DNA from: an uncultured Candidatus Saccharibacteria bacterium
Lineage (GTDB): Bacteria > Patescibacteriota > Saccharimonadia > Saccharimonadales > UBA4665
DNA length: 64,000 bases
Reading direction: 5' to 3'
NCBI GenBank assembly: GCA_963706245.1
Contig: OY970151.1
Coordinates: 238,994 to 302,993 of the forward strand
Positions 36,196-46,017 of this stretch are shown here, piece by piece. Numbering within the stretch: the stretch's first letter is position 1; each line of letters begins with the position of its first letter. The notes below the pieces were generated by a model. The model ran no database searches. It was not told the DNA's origin and was given only the letters and a program-made list of their open reading frames with translations. The position numbers were made by a program, and so were the translations under genes.

Positions 36196-37377
36196 CTAAT
36201 CAAATAATTTTAGTTTACTTATTTCTTCGGGTAAGAAGCCGAATTTGGGTTTAAAATCAGCCTGCCATTTATAGCCTTTATTGTAGCCAAGATCTTTCAT
36301 TAGCTGAGTTGGGGCGTTGCGAACTTCCAGGGGGACCGGCAAGTCAGGGTATTGATCGGCTGCCGCTTCAGCTTTTGACATAGCACTGGCAATAAGCCTG
36401 GACTTTTTAGTCTTAGCGAGAACTGTTGCGCAGTGGAACAGGGCGTATTTACATTCCGGCATACCGATGCGCTCAACAGCCTGAAAAGTCGCTACTGCTA
36501 GGTTTAGAGCCGCTGAGGCCTCCAGGCCAACATCTTCCGAAGCAAAAATCACCATCCGTCGAGCGATAAACTTGGGATCTTCTCCAGCATTCAGCATCCG
36601 GGCTAGATAGTACAGCGTTGCGTTCGGATCGCTACCACGCATCGATTTTATGAAGGCACTAATGACGTTGTAGTGGTTCTCGCCTTTTTTGTCATAGCCA
36701 GGTAAACGCTTTTGAGCAGCCGTAGTAACAATTTCTGTGGTAATTTGGCCTTTGGTTAGTTGTTCAGCCAGTTCTAAGTTACCAAGGGCTACTCTAGCGT
36801 CACCACCGGATAGCTCAGCTAGCAGGTCAATACTGGCTTTTGGTAAACGTTTGAGTGTTAATTTCTCGGCCTTAGCTGCCGCTTTAAGAATCTTTATAAT
36901 ATCGTCTTTGGTAAGCGATTCAAGTACTAGAACTCTGGAGCGACTCAGGAGCGGGTTAATCACCTCAAAACTGGGGTTCTCAGTTGTTGCACCGATCAGA
37001 ACAATCGTGCCGTGCTCAACGTGGGGCAAAAATGCGTCTTGTTGGCTCTTACTAAAACGGTGGATTTCATCAACGAACAAAATAGTCTGTAGGCCTAGTC
37101 GCCTATTAGCTTCAGCCTGAGCCACAACTTTTGTAATATCGGCTTTGCCAGAAGTTACGGCACTCAGTTCAATAAACTCTGCCTTAGTCTGCTCGGCAAT
37201 AATTCTCGCCAGTGTAGTTTTACCGCTGCCGGGCGGGCCCCAGAGTATCAGGCTGGTGGGTTGTCCTTTTGCGATGATCTCATGAATTATTTTCCCGTTA
37301 TCGACTAAATGATGCTGCCCAACAATATCATCCAACTTATCTGGGCGCATTCGATCGGCTAACGGCCTAAAACTCAT
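36196..37377 (-). CDS. rarA: replication-associated recombination protein A (AAA+ ATPase)
   Basis: MSFRPLADRMRPDKLDDIVGQ, Walker A GPPGSGKTT, VDEIHRF, C-terminal MgsA domain. Start set at ATG 37377. Confidence 0.9.
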   Translation of the reverse strand: MSFRPLADRMRPDKLDDIVGQHHLVDNGKIIHEIIAKGQPTSLILWGPPGSGKTTLARIIAEQTKAEFIELSAVTSGKADITKVVAQAEANRRLGLQTILFVDEIHRFSKSQQDAFLPHVEHGTIVLIGATTENPSFEVINPLLSRSRVLVLESLTKDDIIKILKAAAKAEKLTLKRLPKASIDLLAELSGGDARVALGNLELAEQLTKGQITTEIVTTAAQKRLPGYDKKGENHYNVISAFIKSMRGSDPNATLYYLARMLNAGEDPKFIARRMVIFASEDVGLEASAALNLAVATFQAVERIGMPECKYALFHCATVLAKTKKSRLIASAMSKAEAAADQYPDLPVPLEVRNAPTQLMKDLGYNKGYKWQADFKPKFGFLPEEISKLKLFD

Positions 37378-37451
37378 ATCTATAGTATAATTGATCTTTA
37401 GAAGTAAATGACTAATTTCTCCGTGGGGGCCTACTGATAGTAGTAATTTAG

Positions 37452-39986
37452 ATGGATAAAGAAACAGTTGCAAATATAAAATCCCAAACTAAAAAAACGC
37501 TAGTTGATATTGTCGTCCCGGTTCATAACGATGCACATGTAATCCCCGCTTCGATTGCTAAGCTAAGTGATTTTCTAGCTGCCCACTTTCCCTATAGCTA
37601 CGTGATTACAATTGTTGAAAACGGCTCAAGCGATAATAGCTGGGAAGTTACTCAAAGTATGGTCAAAAAGTACCCTAAGGTCAGAGCCCTAAAAGTCGAA
37701 CAGGGCGGTCGGGGACGAGCGCTAAAGTATGCCTGGGAACGTAGCCACGGCGATATTTTAGCTTATATGGACGTCGATTTATCGACCGATTTATCGGCTC
37801 TCGAGCCAATGATTACGCCTCTAGTGGAGGGTAAATATGAACTAGCTACCGGTACGCGTTTGAGCCGCGGTTCCAAAATAGACAGAAGTCTAAATAGGGA
37901 GTTTATTTCCCGTGTCTATAACTATATTGTTCGGCTGGTCTTAGATTTAAAGACGTCCGATGCCCAGTGCGGTTTTAAGGCAATTAGGGCAACTACCGCT
38001 AAAAAACTTTTACCTGAGGTTAGTGATAATAACTGGTTTTTTGATAGTGAACTACTGGTAAAAGCTGAGCATCAGAAGCTAAAAGTTCATGAAGTAGCCG
38101 TCATCTGGCATGAAGACCCCGACTCACGGGTCAAAATTGTTAAAACCGCAATTGATAATTTAAAGGGGATTAAGCGGGTACGATCGGAGTTCTCGGGGCG
38201 CGCTAAGTGGGAAATCCCAGCTTTAAGTGGCGTATTAGTTCTAGCTGCAGTTATTTATTTAGTCAGTATGAGCAATAATGCCTATGGCAACGGTTTTTAC
38301 GCGGCCGCTGTACAAGCCGGTACCCATAGTTGGAAAGCCTTCTTTTTCGGCAGTCTTGATGGTGGCAATTTTATAAGCGTTGATAAGCCGCCACTTTTTC
38401 TTTGGGTTATGGAAATTTTCACTAGAGTCCTCGGCTTTCACCCCTGGAGCATGATACTTCCCGATGTTCTTGAAGGCGTCGCCAGTATTGGCCTACTCTA
38501 TGCGACAGTTCGCCGCTGGTTTAGTGCCAAAAGTGCTCTGATTGCGGCCATAGTTATGATGTTAACACCGGTTGGAGCCATGATGTTTGGCTACAACAAC
38601 CCAGAAGCACTTTTAACGCTACTGCTGGTTGCTAGTGTTTATGCTTTTTTTCGCTCAATCGAAGGCCACCACTCACTACTTTGGCTGAGCATTAGCGGTA
38701 TCTTAATTGGCCTTGGTTTTAATACTAAGATGTTACAGGCTTTGTTAATTTTGCCAATTCTAGTTGCTGTTTATTTATACGCTGCACCATTTGCGCTAAA
38801 GCGAAGACTAAAGAACCTAGCTATTGTAGCTATCCCCACGGCGGTTGTCGGTCTTTGGTGGAGTGTTATCGTTTGGCTAACACCGGCTGCCAGTCGTCCA
38901 TATATTGGCAGTAGTGGCAATAACTCAATTTGGAGTTTAATATTTGGCTACAACGGCTTTGGACGTTTACTGGGTGGCCCCGGCCAGACCGGCGATGATG
39001 GTGCCCTTAATGCCGGAGTTGGCACCGGTGGCAGTAAAGGCGTTTTTAGAATGTTTAATTCTAGCTTTGGGCCGGGGATTGCCTGGTTAATAATCTTGGC
39101 TCTAATTGGCCTTATCTTAGTTCTTTATCTAAAGCGCAGTACTAAACCTAGTAACAAAACTAAGGTTGCGGCCTTAGTTTTTGGCGGTTGGCTCATTATT
39201 CACATGATTATCTTTAGCATGGTTGGTGGCATTATCCACTCCTACTATGCAGCCGTTATGGCGCCGGCTATTGGCGGCTTAATTGGCATCAGCCTGCCGC
39301 TTCTTATTAAGGAGTACAGACAAAAGACCCACTTAGCTTTTTTATTGCCCCTGAGTGTTGTCGCAACCGGTATTTTGGCCTGCATTTTGCTTGGCTATGA
39401 CAGTGCTTGGCTAGGTTGGTTGCGCTGGGTAGTTCTTGATTTATCGGTTTTATCTGCCGCTGGGCTGGTTCTAGACTTAGTTGAACCAAAGGCCAAGCTA
39501 TCACTGATTTCTCTTTGCTTAGCGGCCATTGCCTCTATGGCAGGCCCGATTAGTTACTCACTAGCTACAGTTATGGCCGGCCATAGTGGCGCACTGCCTC
39601 AGGCTGGCCCAACAGGCGTGCAGGCTCAGACTATAAGTGATCAGATAAGTCCCTCAGACAGGGCTGTGGCAAAGTATCTTCTTGCTCACCGCGGTAACGC
39701 TAAGTGGCTAGTGGCAGTTAACTCATCGATAGATTCCGCCCCGCTCCAGATCGCAGCAAATGAACCAGTCATGGCAATTGGTGGCTTTGACGGCAGCGAT
39801 AATGCTCTTAGTCTAAATGCCTTTAAGAAACTAATTGTTTCCGGACAACTAAAGTATTACGCCGCTAGTCCAGCTAACGGGGTTTTCGGTTTATCCGAGG
39901 ATAATGCCGAGATTTACGACTACGTCCAAACTCACGCCAGACGCGTCAATTACCAGGGTAGTAATTATCTTTTGTATCAGCTTTAA
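37452..39986 (+). CDS. fusion protein: N-terminal GT2 (dolichyl/polyprenyl-phosphate glycosyltransferase-like) + C-terminal GT39/ArnT-like polytopic glycosyltransferase
   Basis: VVPVHND...VENGSSDNS...MDVDLSTD (GT2), then about 12 TM including the VDKPPLFLW loop typical of PMT_2/ArnT. Confidence 0.8.
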   Translation: MDKETVANIKSQTKKTLVDIVVPVHNDAHVIPASIAKLSDFLAAHFPYSYVITIVENGSSDNSWEVTQSMVKKYPKVRALKVEQGGRGRALKYAWERSHGDILAYMDVDLSTDLSALEPMITPLVEGKYELATGTRLSRGSKIDRSLNREFISRVYNYIVRLVLDLKTSDAQCGFKAIRATTAKKLLPEVSDNNWFFDSELLVKAEHQKLKVHEVAVIWHEDPDSRVKIVKTAIDNLKGIKRVRSEFSGRAKWEIPALSGVLVLAAVIYLVSMSNNAYGNGFYAAAVQAGTHSWKAFFFGSLDGGNFISVDKPPLFLWVMEIFTRVLGFHPWSMILPDVLEGVASIGLLYATVRRWFSAKSALIAAIVMMLTPVGAMMFGYNNPEALLTLLLVASVYAFFRSIEGHHSLLWLSISGILIGLGFNTKMLQALLILPILVAVYLYAAPFALKRRLKNLAIVAIPTAVVGLWWSVIVWLTPAASRPYIGSSGNNSIWSLIFGYNGFGRLLGGPGQTGDDGALNAGVGTGGSKGVFRMFNSSFGPGIAWLIILALIGLILVLYLKRSTKPSNKTKVAALVFGGWLIIHMIIFSMVGGIIHSYYAAVMAPAIGGLIGISLPLLIKEYRQKTHLAFLLPLSVVATGILACILLGYDSAWLGWLRWVVLDLSVLSAAGLVLDLVEPKAKLSLISLCLAAIASMAGPISYSLATVMAGHSGALPQAGPTGVQAQTISDQISPSDRAVAKYLLAHRGNAKWLVAVNSSIDSAPLQIAANEPVMAIGGFDGSDNALSLNAFKKLIVSGQLKYYAASPANGVFGLSEDNAEIYDYVQTHARRVNYQGSNYLLYQL

Positions 39987-42811
39987 AGCTGAGGAGTGAC
40001 TTCGGCAATAGCCTTAGCCATGGTCTCAACTGTTATGCCTGAGGCCTTGACAGCCGCCATTTGAGCAGTTAGCTGAGTTGGTGTCACACAGTATTCATCG
40101 CCATCAACTGGATCGTTCAAATTAGTGTCAACACCGTGGTAGACGAAAATCAACCAAGTATTTGTGGCTTTAGCCTGAGCTAACCAATCAGTTATTTGAG
40201 CGGTTGTAGTAGTTGTATAGACGTCCTCAACCTTTAGGTCATAGGCGTTATAGTTATCTTTAGAGTTCAGGCCACTTTCAACTCCGCGGGCTGCGCCGTA
40301 AACTGCTTTAGTAGCTGATACGACAGCGGCGTTATATAGACCGTAAGGGTAGGCCATATCGGTTGTAGTAACACCGGTATCTGTTTTTAGGGTAGCCTGG
40401 GACTCGGTCATTTCGGTCTTTAATTGGCTGGCGGTCTCCAGAGTCAGGTTATCGTGAGTCACCGTGTGGGAAGCCATCTCGTCACCGTAGCCAGTAAGGG
40501 TTTTAAGTTCAGCGGCTGTCATATACCCGGTCTGACCGATCTCATCGGTAATAATAAAGTCAGTAGAAGTCAGTCCATCAGCCTTTAAAATCGGTGAAGC
40601 GTTGGTGTAGGCAGTCACATAGCCGTCATCAAAAGTTATAGTAACCAGCGGTCGACTAAAGCCGGTTGGTACATAGGTAGTTAGGCTGGTGTTATCAATT
40701 GATAGAGTACCGACACTTTGGATCAAGTGGTAGATAGTAACAGTCTGAGCACCGGCAGGGACAGAGAACTTAGAACTAAACTCCGTCCAAGTGCTGGCAG
40801 CGTAAGGGATGCCGATAATCTCGTATTCAGTGCTGCCATCACTCATAGTGAAAACGGCATCAACCTGGGTCTGAACGTTAGACTCATAGTAATCGCTAAA
40901 GTCGTACTGGGTATCTTGGGATACGGCTTGAGGTGTAAATGTCCACTTAGCATCACCGGAAGTATATTTAGTCATGTTAATTTCGACGCTACGGCTATCG
41001 CCGGTTGAGCCGGTATTGTTATAAGACTGAGTGAAAGTGTTGGTTCCCCAGGTAGCGACTGACCAATCTTCAGGCTCGGCTGAGTTACTTGGGTTGACGG
41101 TAGTCAGCAGGGGGTTAGGAATTAGGTTGCCACTGGCTGGGTTGGTGTTACTAACTTGGATTGTAACAGCGCTGGCGGTAGCCGTCTTGCCGTCGTTAGC
41201 CGTAACAGTCGCACTAATATTGTGGGCACCGTTAGCTACACTGGCGGAGTTCCAGACATATGAATAAGGAGCAGTGGTATCAGCTGCACCGACGTTTACG
41301 CCGTCAACCATAAACTGAACACTAGTTATTCCAGAGTTATCACTGGCCGAAGCGCTTAGCGTAACGTTACCGCTATATGATGTCGAGCTGGCAGTTGGAG
41401 CGGTAATTGTGACACTAGGCAGTGTGCTAGCCGATAGTGTGTAATTATCGGTAGTTAGGCTACCAACAGCATTTAAGTATTGGTAAACAGTTGCTGAGGC
41501 TGTCCCGGCTGGGACTGTAAAGCTACCAGTAAACTGTTTCCAGCTGCTGGAGGCTGCAGGTGAACCGAGTGATAGGTAGGAATATGTACCACCGGTGCTA
41601 ATAAACTCAACTTCAACATTTGTAGCAATAGTCGACTCATAGTAGTCTGAGAAGTTATAGGTTTGTCCAGCGTTAACAGCCTGGGCATTAAACATCCACT
41701 CTGATGAACCGCTGGTGTAGCTGCTAATCTTGACGTTTACTGAATTATTGTCACCCGTTGAACCAGTTTTTAGATAACTAAAAGTCGTCGAGTTGGTGCC
41801 ATAAGTTCCGTCTATCCAGTCAAGTGGATTATTAGCGTTAGATGGGTTAGCGGTTTCAAGTAGCGGGTTAGGGATTATGTTAGTTCCAGCTGACACAACG
41901 TTATTAACAACTACCGCTACGGCAGCTGAGGTGGTAGTAATGCCTAGGTTGTTAGTAGCAATGGCAGTTATTTGGTGGGTGCCGTTAGCCACAGTTGTAG
42001 AATCCCAGGTATAGTCATAAGGCGAAGTAGTCAGCGCACTGCCAACGTTTACGCCGTCAATCTGGAACTGAACCGATTTAATGCCACTGGTATCAGCCGC
42101 ATTGGCGAGTAACTGGACACTGGTACCACTAACGCTCGAATTAGCGGCTGGGGAAGCGACTACAACTTCCGGAGTTGAAGTAGGGGCTAGTGAAAAATTA
42201 TCAGTTGTTAGGCTGCCGACGCCCCCGATTAAGTCATAAACGGTGGCTGAAATTGCGCCCGAGGGAGCGGTGAAGCTGGCAGTAAAGTTTTGCCAAGATG
42301 GGCTAGCAGCTGGATCGCCTAGATCGACATATTCGGTTGTGCCGCCACTCATACTGTAGGCAACGTCAATTTCACTAGCAATGGTCGACTCATAATAATC
42401 GCTAAAGGTATATTGCGCTCCGGCGGTTATGCTAACCGGGTTAAAGTACCATTTAGCATCACCACTGGTGTAGCTAGTAGTATTGACATTAAGACTGTTG
42501 GTGTCACCAGTTGAACCGGATTTTAAATAACTAAAGCTAGTAGTATTTGTGCCCCAATTACCAGTTTGCCAATCAAGTGGGGTAGCCGAATTACTGGGGT
42601 TGGCCGTTTCAACAAGCGGGTTTGGTACGAGATTAGTACCAAGCGCTATAACGTTATCGACAGTTACTTCCTCGGACGCTGAAGTTGTGGTGACACCCTC
42701 AGAATTTGTTGCCTGAGCGGTAATGCTGTGAGCGCCGTTCCCGACAGTTGTCGAGTCCCAATTGTACCTGGTAGGGTGCAGCTGTAACCGGCGCACCGAC
42801 GTTGTTGCCAT
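39983..42811 (-). CDS. modular surface protein, distal part: 3 x (CBM-like + Ig-like) modules and a C-terminal polysaccharide deacetylase (CE4/NodB)
   Basis: Repeated NLIPNPL.ETANPSN..PLDW...SDYYES...VGSLTTDN modules. VQFQIDGVNVG...PY.Y.WDS Ig-like modules. CE4 motifs TITFDDGY and ASHTVTHDNL. Confidence 0.8.
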   Translation of the reverse strand: MATTSVRRLQLHPTRYNWDSTTVGNGAHSITAQATNSEGVTTTSASEEVTVDNVIALGTNLVPNPLVETANPSNSATPLDWQTGNWGTNTTSFSYLKSGSTGDTNSLNVNTTSYTSGDAKWYFNPVSITAGAQYTFSDYYESTIASEIDVAYSMSGGTTEYVDLGDPAASPSWQNFTASFTAPSGAISATVYDLIGGVGSLTTDNFSLAPTSTPEVVVASPAANSSVSGTSVQLLANAADTSGIKSVQFQIDGVNVGSALTTSPYDYTWDSTTVANGTHQITAIATNNLGITTTSAAVAVVVNNVVSAGTNIIPNPLLETANPSNANNPLDWIDGTYGTNSTTFSYLKTGSTGDNNSVNVKISSYTSGSSEWMFNAQAVNAGQTYNFSDYYESTIATNVEVEFISTGGTYSYLSLGSPAASSSWKQFTGSFTVPAGTASATVYQYLNAVGSLTTDNYTLSASTLPSVTITAPTASSTSYSGNVTLSASASDNSGITSVQFMVDGVNVGAADTTAPYSYVWNSASVANGAHNISATVTANDGKTATASAVTIQVSNTNPASGNLIPNPLLTTVNPSNSAEPEDWSVATWGTNTFTQSYNNTGSTGDSRSVEINMTKYTSGDAKWTFTPQAVSQDTQYDFSDYYESNVQTQVDAVFTMSDGSTEYEIIGIPYAASTWTEFSSKFSVPAGAQTVTIYHLIQSVGTLSIDNTSLTTYVPTGFSRPLVTITFDDGYVTAYTNASPILKADGLTSTDFIITDEIGQTGYMTAAELKTLTGYGDEMASHTVTHDNLTLETASQLKTEMTESQATLKTDTGVTTTDMAYPYGLYNAAVVSATKAVYGAARGVESGLNSKDNYNAYDLKVEDVYTTTTTAQITDWLAQAKATNTWLIFVYHGVDTNLNDPVDGDEYCVTPTQLTAQMAAVKASGITVETMAKAIAEVTPQL

Positions 42812-43508
42812 CTACTTGAAACTGGACGCTAGTTATAGCATTTAGGTCACTGGCGTTAGCGCTTAGAAGAACGCTGGTGCCACTAACGGCCGTATTAGCT
42901 GTTGGAGCAGTAAGGGTTACAGTTGGCGTTGAAGTAGCGCTTAAATCAAAGTTGTCACTAGTCAAACTGCCGACACTATTAATAAGATGATATACAGTAG
43001 CGTTAACGACGCCCGAGGGAGCTACAAAATTAGCTGAGAATAGCTGCCAGCTAGGGCTAGCGCCGGGGTCGCCTAAATCAACATATTGCATCGAGTTGTC
43101 GCTCATGGTGTAGGCTACAACAACTTCACTAGCTGTCGTTGAAGTGTAGTAATCGCTATAGGTGTATTCACTGCCGGCTGAGATAGCTACCGGGTTAAAG
43201 TACCATTTAGCATCACCGCTGGTGTAGCTGGTTGTATTAACGCTGACACTATTAGTGTCGCCAGTTGAGCCGGAGTTTAAATAACTAAATGAAGTAGTGT
43301 TGGTTCCCCAATTGCCTGTTTGCCAATCAAGCGGAGTAGAGGAATTGCTAGGATTGGCGGTTTCTACTAGTGGGTTAGCTATAAGATTAGTTGGGCTGGC
43401 GCTTACCATTGTTGCTTTTAAAACTGGCAATACCATGGTCAAAACAAACAGCGAGCTGGTTATAAAATTAGCAATCCTTTTCACGAACCCAAACTCCTTA
43501 ATTAACAT
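42699..43508 (-). CDS. modular surface protein, N-terminal part (signal anchor + first CBM-like module + start of first Ig-like module)
   Basis: Signal/anchor helix, then a module near-identical to the first one of ORF 39983..42811. The frame breaks inside ...APYQ|YNWDS near 42767. Confidence 0.75.
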   Translation of the reverse strand: MLIKEFGFVKRIANFITSSLFVLTMVLPVLKATMVSASPTNLIANPLVETANPSNSSTPLDWQTGNWGTNTTSFSYLNSGSTGDTNSVSVNTTSYTSGDAKWYFNPVAISAGSEYTYSDYYTSTTASEVVVAYTMSDNSMQYVDLGDPGASPSWQLFSANFVAPSGVVNATVYHLINSVGSLTSDNFDLSATSTPTVTLTAPTANTAVSGTSVLLSANASDLNAITSVQFQVDGNNVGAPVTAAPYQVQLGLDNCRERRSQHYRSGNKF

Positions 43509-43592
43509 TGAATTAATGATATTTTACGCTTTTAATGCGGTTATGTCAAATATATTTTGTTCAAGTTAAAAACACTAGCTCTTTTATATCAA

Positions 43593-44225
43593 CTAATTGG
43601 TGCTTTTAGTTTCGATAATTTGTCCCAACAAGTAAAAAGAGGGCATTGTCGTTCCATTTTGAAGACGAGAATCGCCGCGTTCCTCAGCTTTCGCCTGATA
43701 ATCATCTAATGCGGCTTTGAAGGTTTTAAGTATCTCGGTCGATTCATCGATGATTGCCCGAGTTGACATTCGATCTGAGAGCGGCCCAAGACTCTGAGAG
43801 TTGGGATCTCTATACTGGCGACTACCAGTAATCATACTCTCAGACAGTACAAGGATACTGGTTCGTAGTCTGGGGATCCAAGGTAATTCCTCGTCTGGGT
43901 TGTCATGAGCGGGAAGATCACCGTTGCGGAATGAAACAAGCGCGATATCAAGGGTTAAATTCAGGAAACTGATCTCGGCAGTACTTTTGCCGTCTTTGGT
44001 AATAAACATAGTGCGACTTTCGGGGCTCTTCCATCTGTGCAGGCCATCGGCTATCGGCTCTTGGCTAGGATCCCAGGGCTGGGCTTCCAGGTCACGTTCC
44101 TCCAGACCGATCTGATCGGCATAGCTATCTAGTCTTGTGGTCGAATGCCTAAGCCAGCTAACGTTTTCACCTCCAGAGTTTAAGAACTCTGACGTTAGGG
44201 ATGGTGCTTTTGGAAACTCTGACAT
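43593..44225 (-). CDS. hypothetical acidic protein, family-A paralog 1
   Basis: Shares IGLE..DLEAQPWD...EP..DGLHRWK....ITKDGK..EIS and a C-terminal ...ILKTFKAALDDYQAK with the 44310 gene. Confidence 0.65.
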   Translation of the reverse strand: MSEFPKAPSLTSEFLNSGGENVSWLRHSTTRLDSYADQIGLEERDLEAQPWDPSQEPIADGLHRWKSPESRTMFITKDGKSTAEISFLNLTLDIALVSFRNGDLPAHDNPDEELPWIPRLRTSILVLSESMITGSRQYRDPNSQSLGPLSDRMSTRAIIDESTEILKTFKAALDDYQAKAEERGDSRLQNGTTMPSFYLLGQIIETKSTN

Positions 44226-44309
44226 ATTTATTACAGTAACACGAATCGTAGCTTAGTCAATTTATAGGACAGTTTGATAAAACAATGTTTTGCTCAAGCG
44301 AGATATGAT

Positions 44310-45236
44310 TCAAGAAGGTTCTGTAGTCTTTGCTTGGTAAGCAAGTAGGGCGTCATGGAAGGCTTCTAGTATCCGGGTGGTCTCGGCAACTACATCAACC
44401 AGGTTCATTGGTTTCTGTTCGGGCGCAAGACCCCCAGGGCTTTTGCCAATCTTTCGGCGATCAACAGTAATCTTATGGTCTGACATTATGTGAAACTTGG
44501 TTGCTAGTTGGATAGCTGTCGGTTCGTTGTTGTCCAGATCATCAATTATTTGCTCAAGTATTTGCTCAAGAACTTTACCATAGGAACCGAGTATTACCTC
44601 GCCGCTAGACTGCAAAATACTAATTTCATGAGTAATTGCTCCAGCGTTAGTAATAAGGATGATATTGCGCTCAGAATCCTTATACCTGTGCAAGCCGTCT
44701 TCAAAAGGTTCATTCTCATCCCACGGCTGGGTGTCTAAGTCCTGTACTTCGATACCAAGGACAGTCGCAATTCTGCTAATACTGTCGGCACCCTCGCTTA
44801 CAGACTGGTAGATATCGCCTAGATTTTTCTTGTAGTCTGGGGCTGGCGATTTGTCTGCGAAAGTTTCTAATATTGAGCCTAGAGCTAAGTTAACCTTGGA
44901 ATAGTCATGAGCGGCGAGCTGCCTAGAATCACCCGGCTGACTTCTAGAATCATAGTCAATTTGTTCCGCTAAATCATTGTTGCCGAGCACCCGCAGTCTT
45001 TCTCGTCCGCGGGGGTAATCGTCGACATTATCATCTTGCAGTCGCTCTACTAAGATACTACCGGTAAATCCAGGTACGTTAAGCGATATAGTCCTTTGTA
45101 GGTCACGGCCAAGTGGCTGCTCACTATGCTCAGCTAGCCCTAGCTGGACGATCTGCTTGGCTTTCTCTTCTATTTCGTGCCTAGCCTGGTCTTGCTCGGC
45201 GGTACTTGTGTGATACTGAGTTATAAGTTCGCCCAT
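44310..45236 (-). CDS. hypothetical acidic protein, family-A paralog 2 (with extra N-terminal region)
   Basis: LGIEVQDLDTQPWDENEPFEDGLHRYK...ITNAGAITHEIS...ILEAFHDALLAYQAK. Confidence 0.65.
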   Translation of the reverse strand: MGELITQYHTSTAEQDQARHEIEEKAKQIVQLGLAEHSEQPLGRDLQRTISLNVPGFTGSILVERLQDDNVDDYPRGRERLRVLGNNDLAEQIDYDSRSQPGDSRQLAAHDYSKVNLALGSILETFADKSPAPDYKKNLGDIYQSVSEGADSISRIATVLGIEVQDLDTQPWDENEPFEDGLHRYKDSERNIILITNAGAITHEISILQSSGEVILGSYGKVLEQILEQIIDDLDNNEPTAIQLATKFHIMSDHKITVDRRKIGKSPGGLAPEQKPMNLVDVVAETTRILEAFHDALLAYQAKTTEPS

Positions 45237-45238
45237 AA

Positions 45239-45856
45239 TTAAAATTCCCGCTCAGGGCCACCATCCATCCAGTCTTGGACTTGTTCGGATAGTCGAAGTT
45301 GCCCTAGGGCAGTATCAAAAGCTACAAATACCTGGGCAGCTCCGTCAATAATCTCTTCTTTCGATAAGTCGTTACGGCTTCGCCAGTTTGTCCAAAGACC
45401 ATCTTTGGTTTTAGAATGACGAGCGGACTGCAGTGTTCCGTCCGGGTTTGCAATAATCTTGAGATCGATATTGGCACTTCGAAACGGAGTAAACTCTCTG
45501 TCTTCTATGGCTTGGTCTTCGGCGTCGAAGTTCCTGGGCGGAAAATATAGTTCTAAGGTTATCTCGCCAGTTGCGTCATTATGACTAATCTCTTCAGTTT
45601 TTCTGCCGTCCCGCATGATCGATAAACGCCAGCCGCCTTCTTCTCTAATCTTGCTTAAACCTTCAGGGATAGTATCTGATGATCGTTGGAACCGAGTGTC
45701 TCTAAGTATCACGCCACTAGTCCAGGTTATAAGGTGGTTTAGGTCATTAGACTTACGGCTAATCCAGTCAGCGATAGTTTGATCGTCGCTTTCGCGATTT
45801 GGAACTGCGTATAAATCTCCTGAACCTGAAAATGTTTCTGTCATTAATATCATCAT
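45239..45856 (-). CDS. hypothetical acidic protein, family-A paralog 3 (more distant)
   Basis: IPEGLSKIREEGGWRLSIMRDGRKTEEIS...VFVAFDTALGQL follows the same order of motifs. 2-nt gap to the next gene. Confidence 0.6.
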   Translation of the reverse strand: MMILMTETFSGSGDLYAVPNRESDDQTIADWISRKSNDLNHLITWTSGVILRDTRFQRSSDTIPEGLSKIREEGGWRLSIMRDGRKTEEISHNDATGEITLELYFPPRNFDAEDQAIEDREFTPFRSANIDLKIIANPDGTLQSARHSKTKDGLWTNWRSRNDLSKEEIIDGAAQVFVAFDTALGQLRLSEQVQDWMDGGPEREF

Positions 45857-46017
45857 AACATAAGTAGCGTCTAAATCAATTTGATGTTATGAATATTATA
45901 GTAAAAAGACTATATAATAATCTTGACATAAATAACATATTAGAGTAAAGTAGCTTTCCAAAGGGTAGTTCGACCATAAATGAGAGTTTATGGCAATACT
46001 ATTAATTTAAAGGAGAG

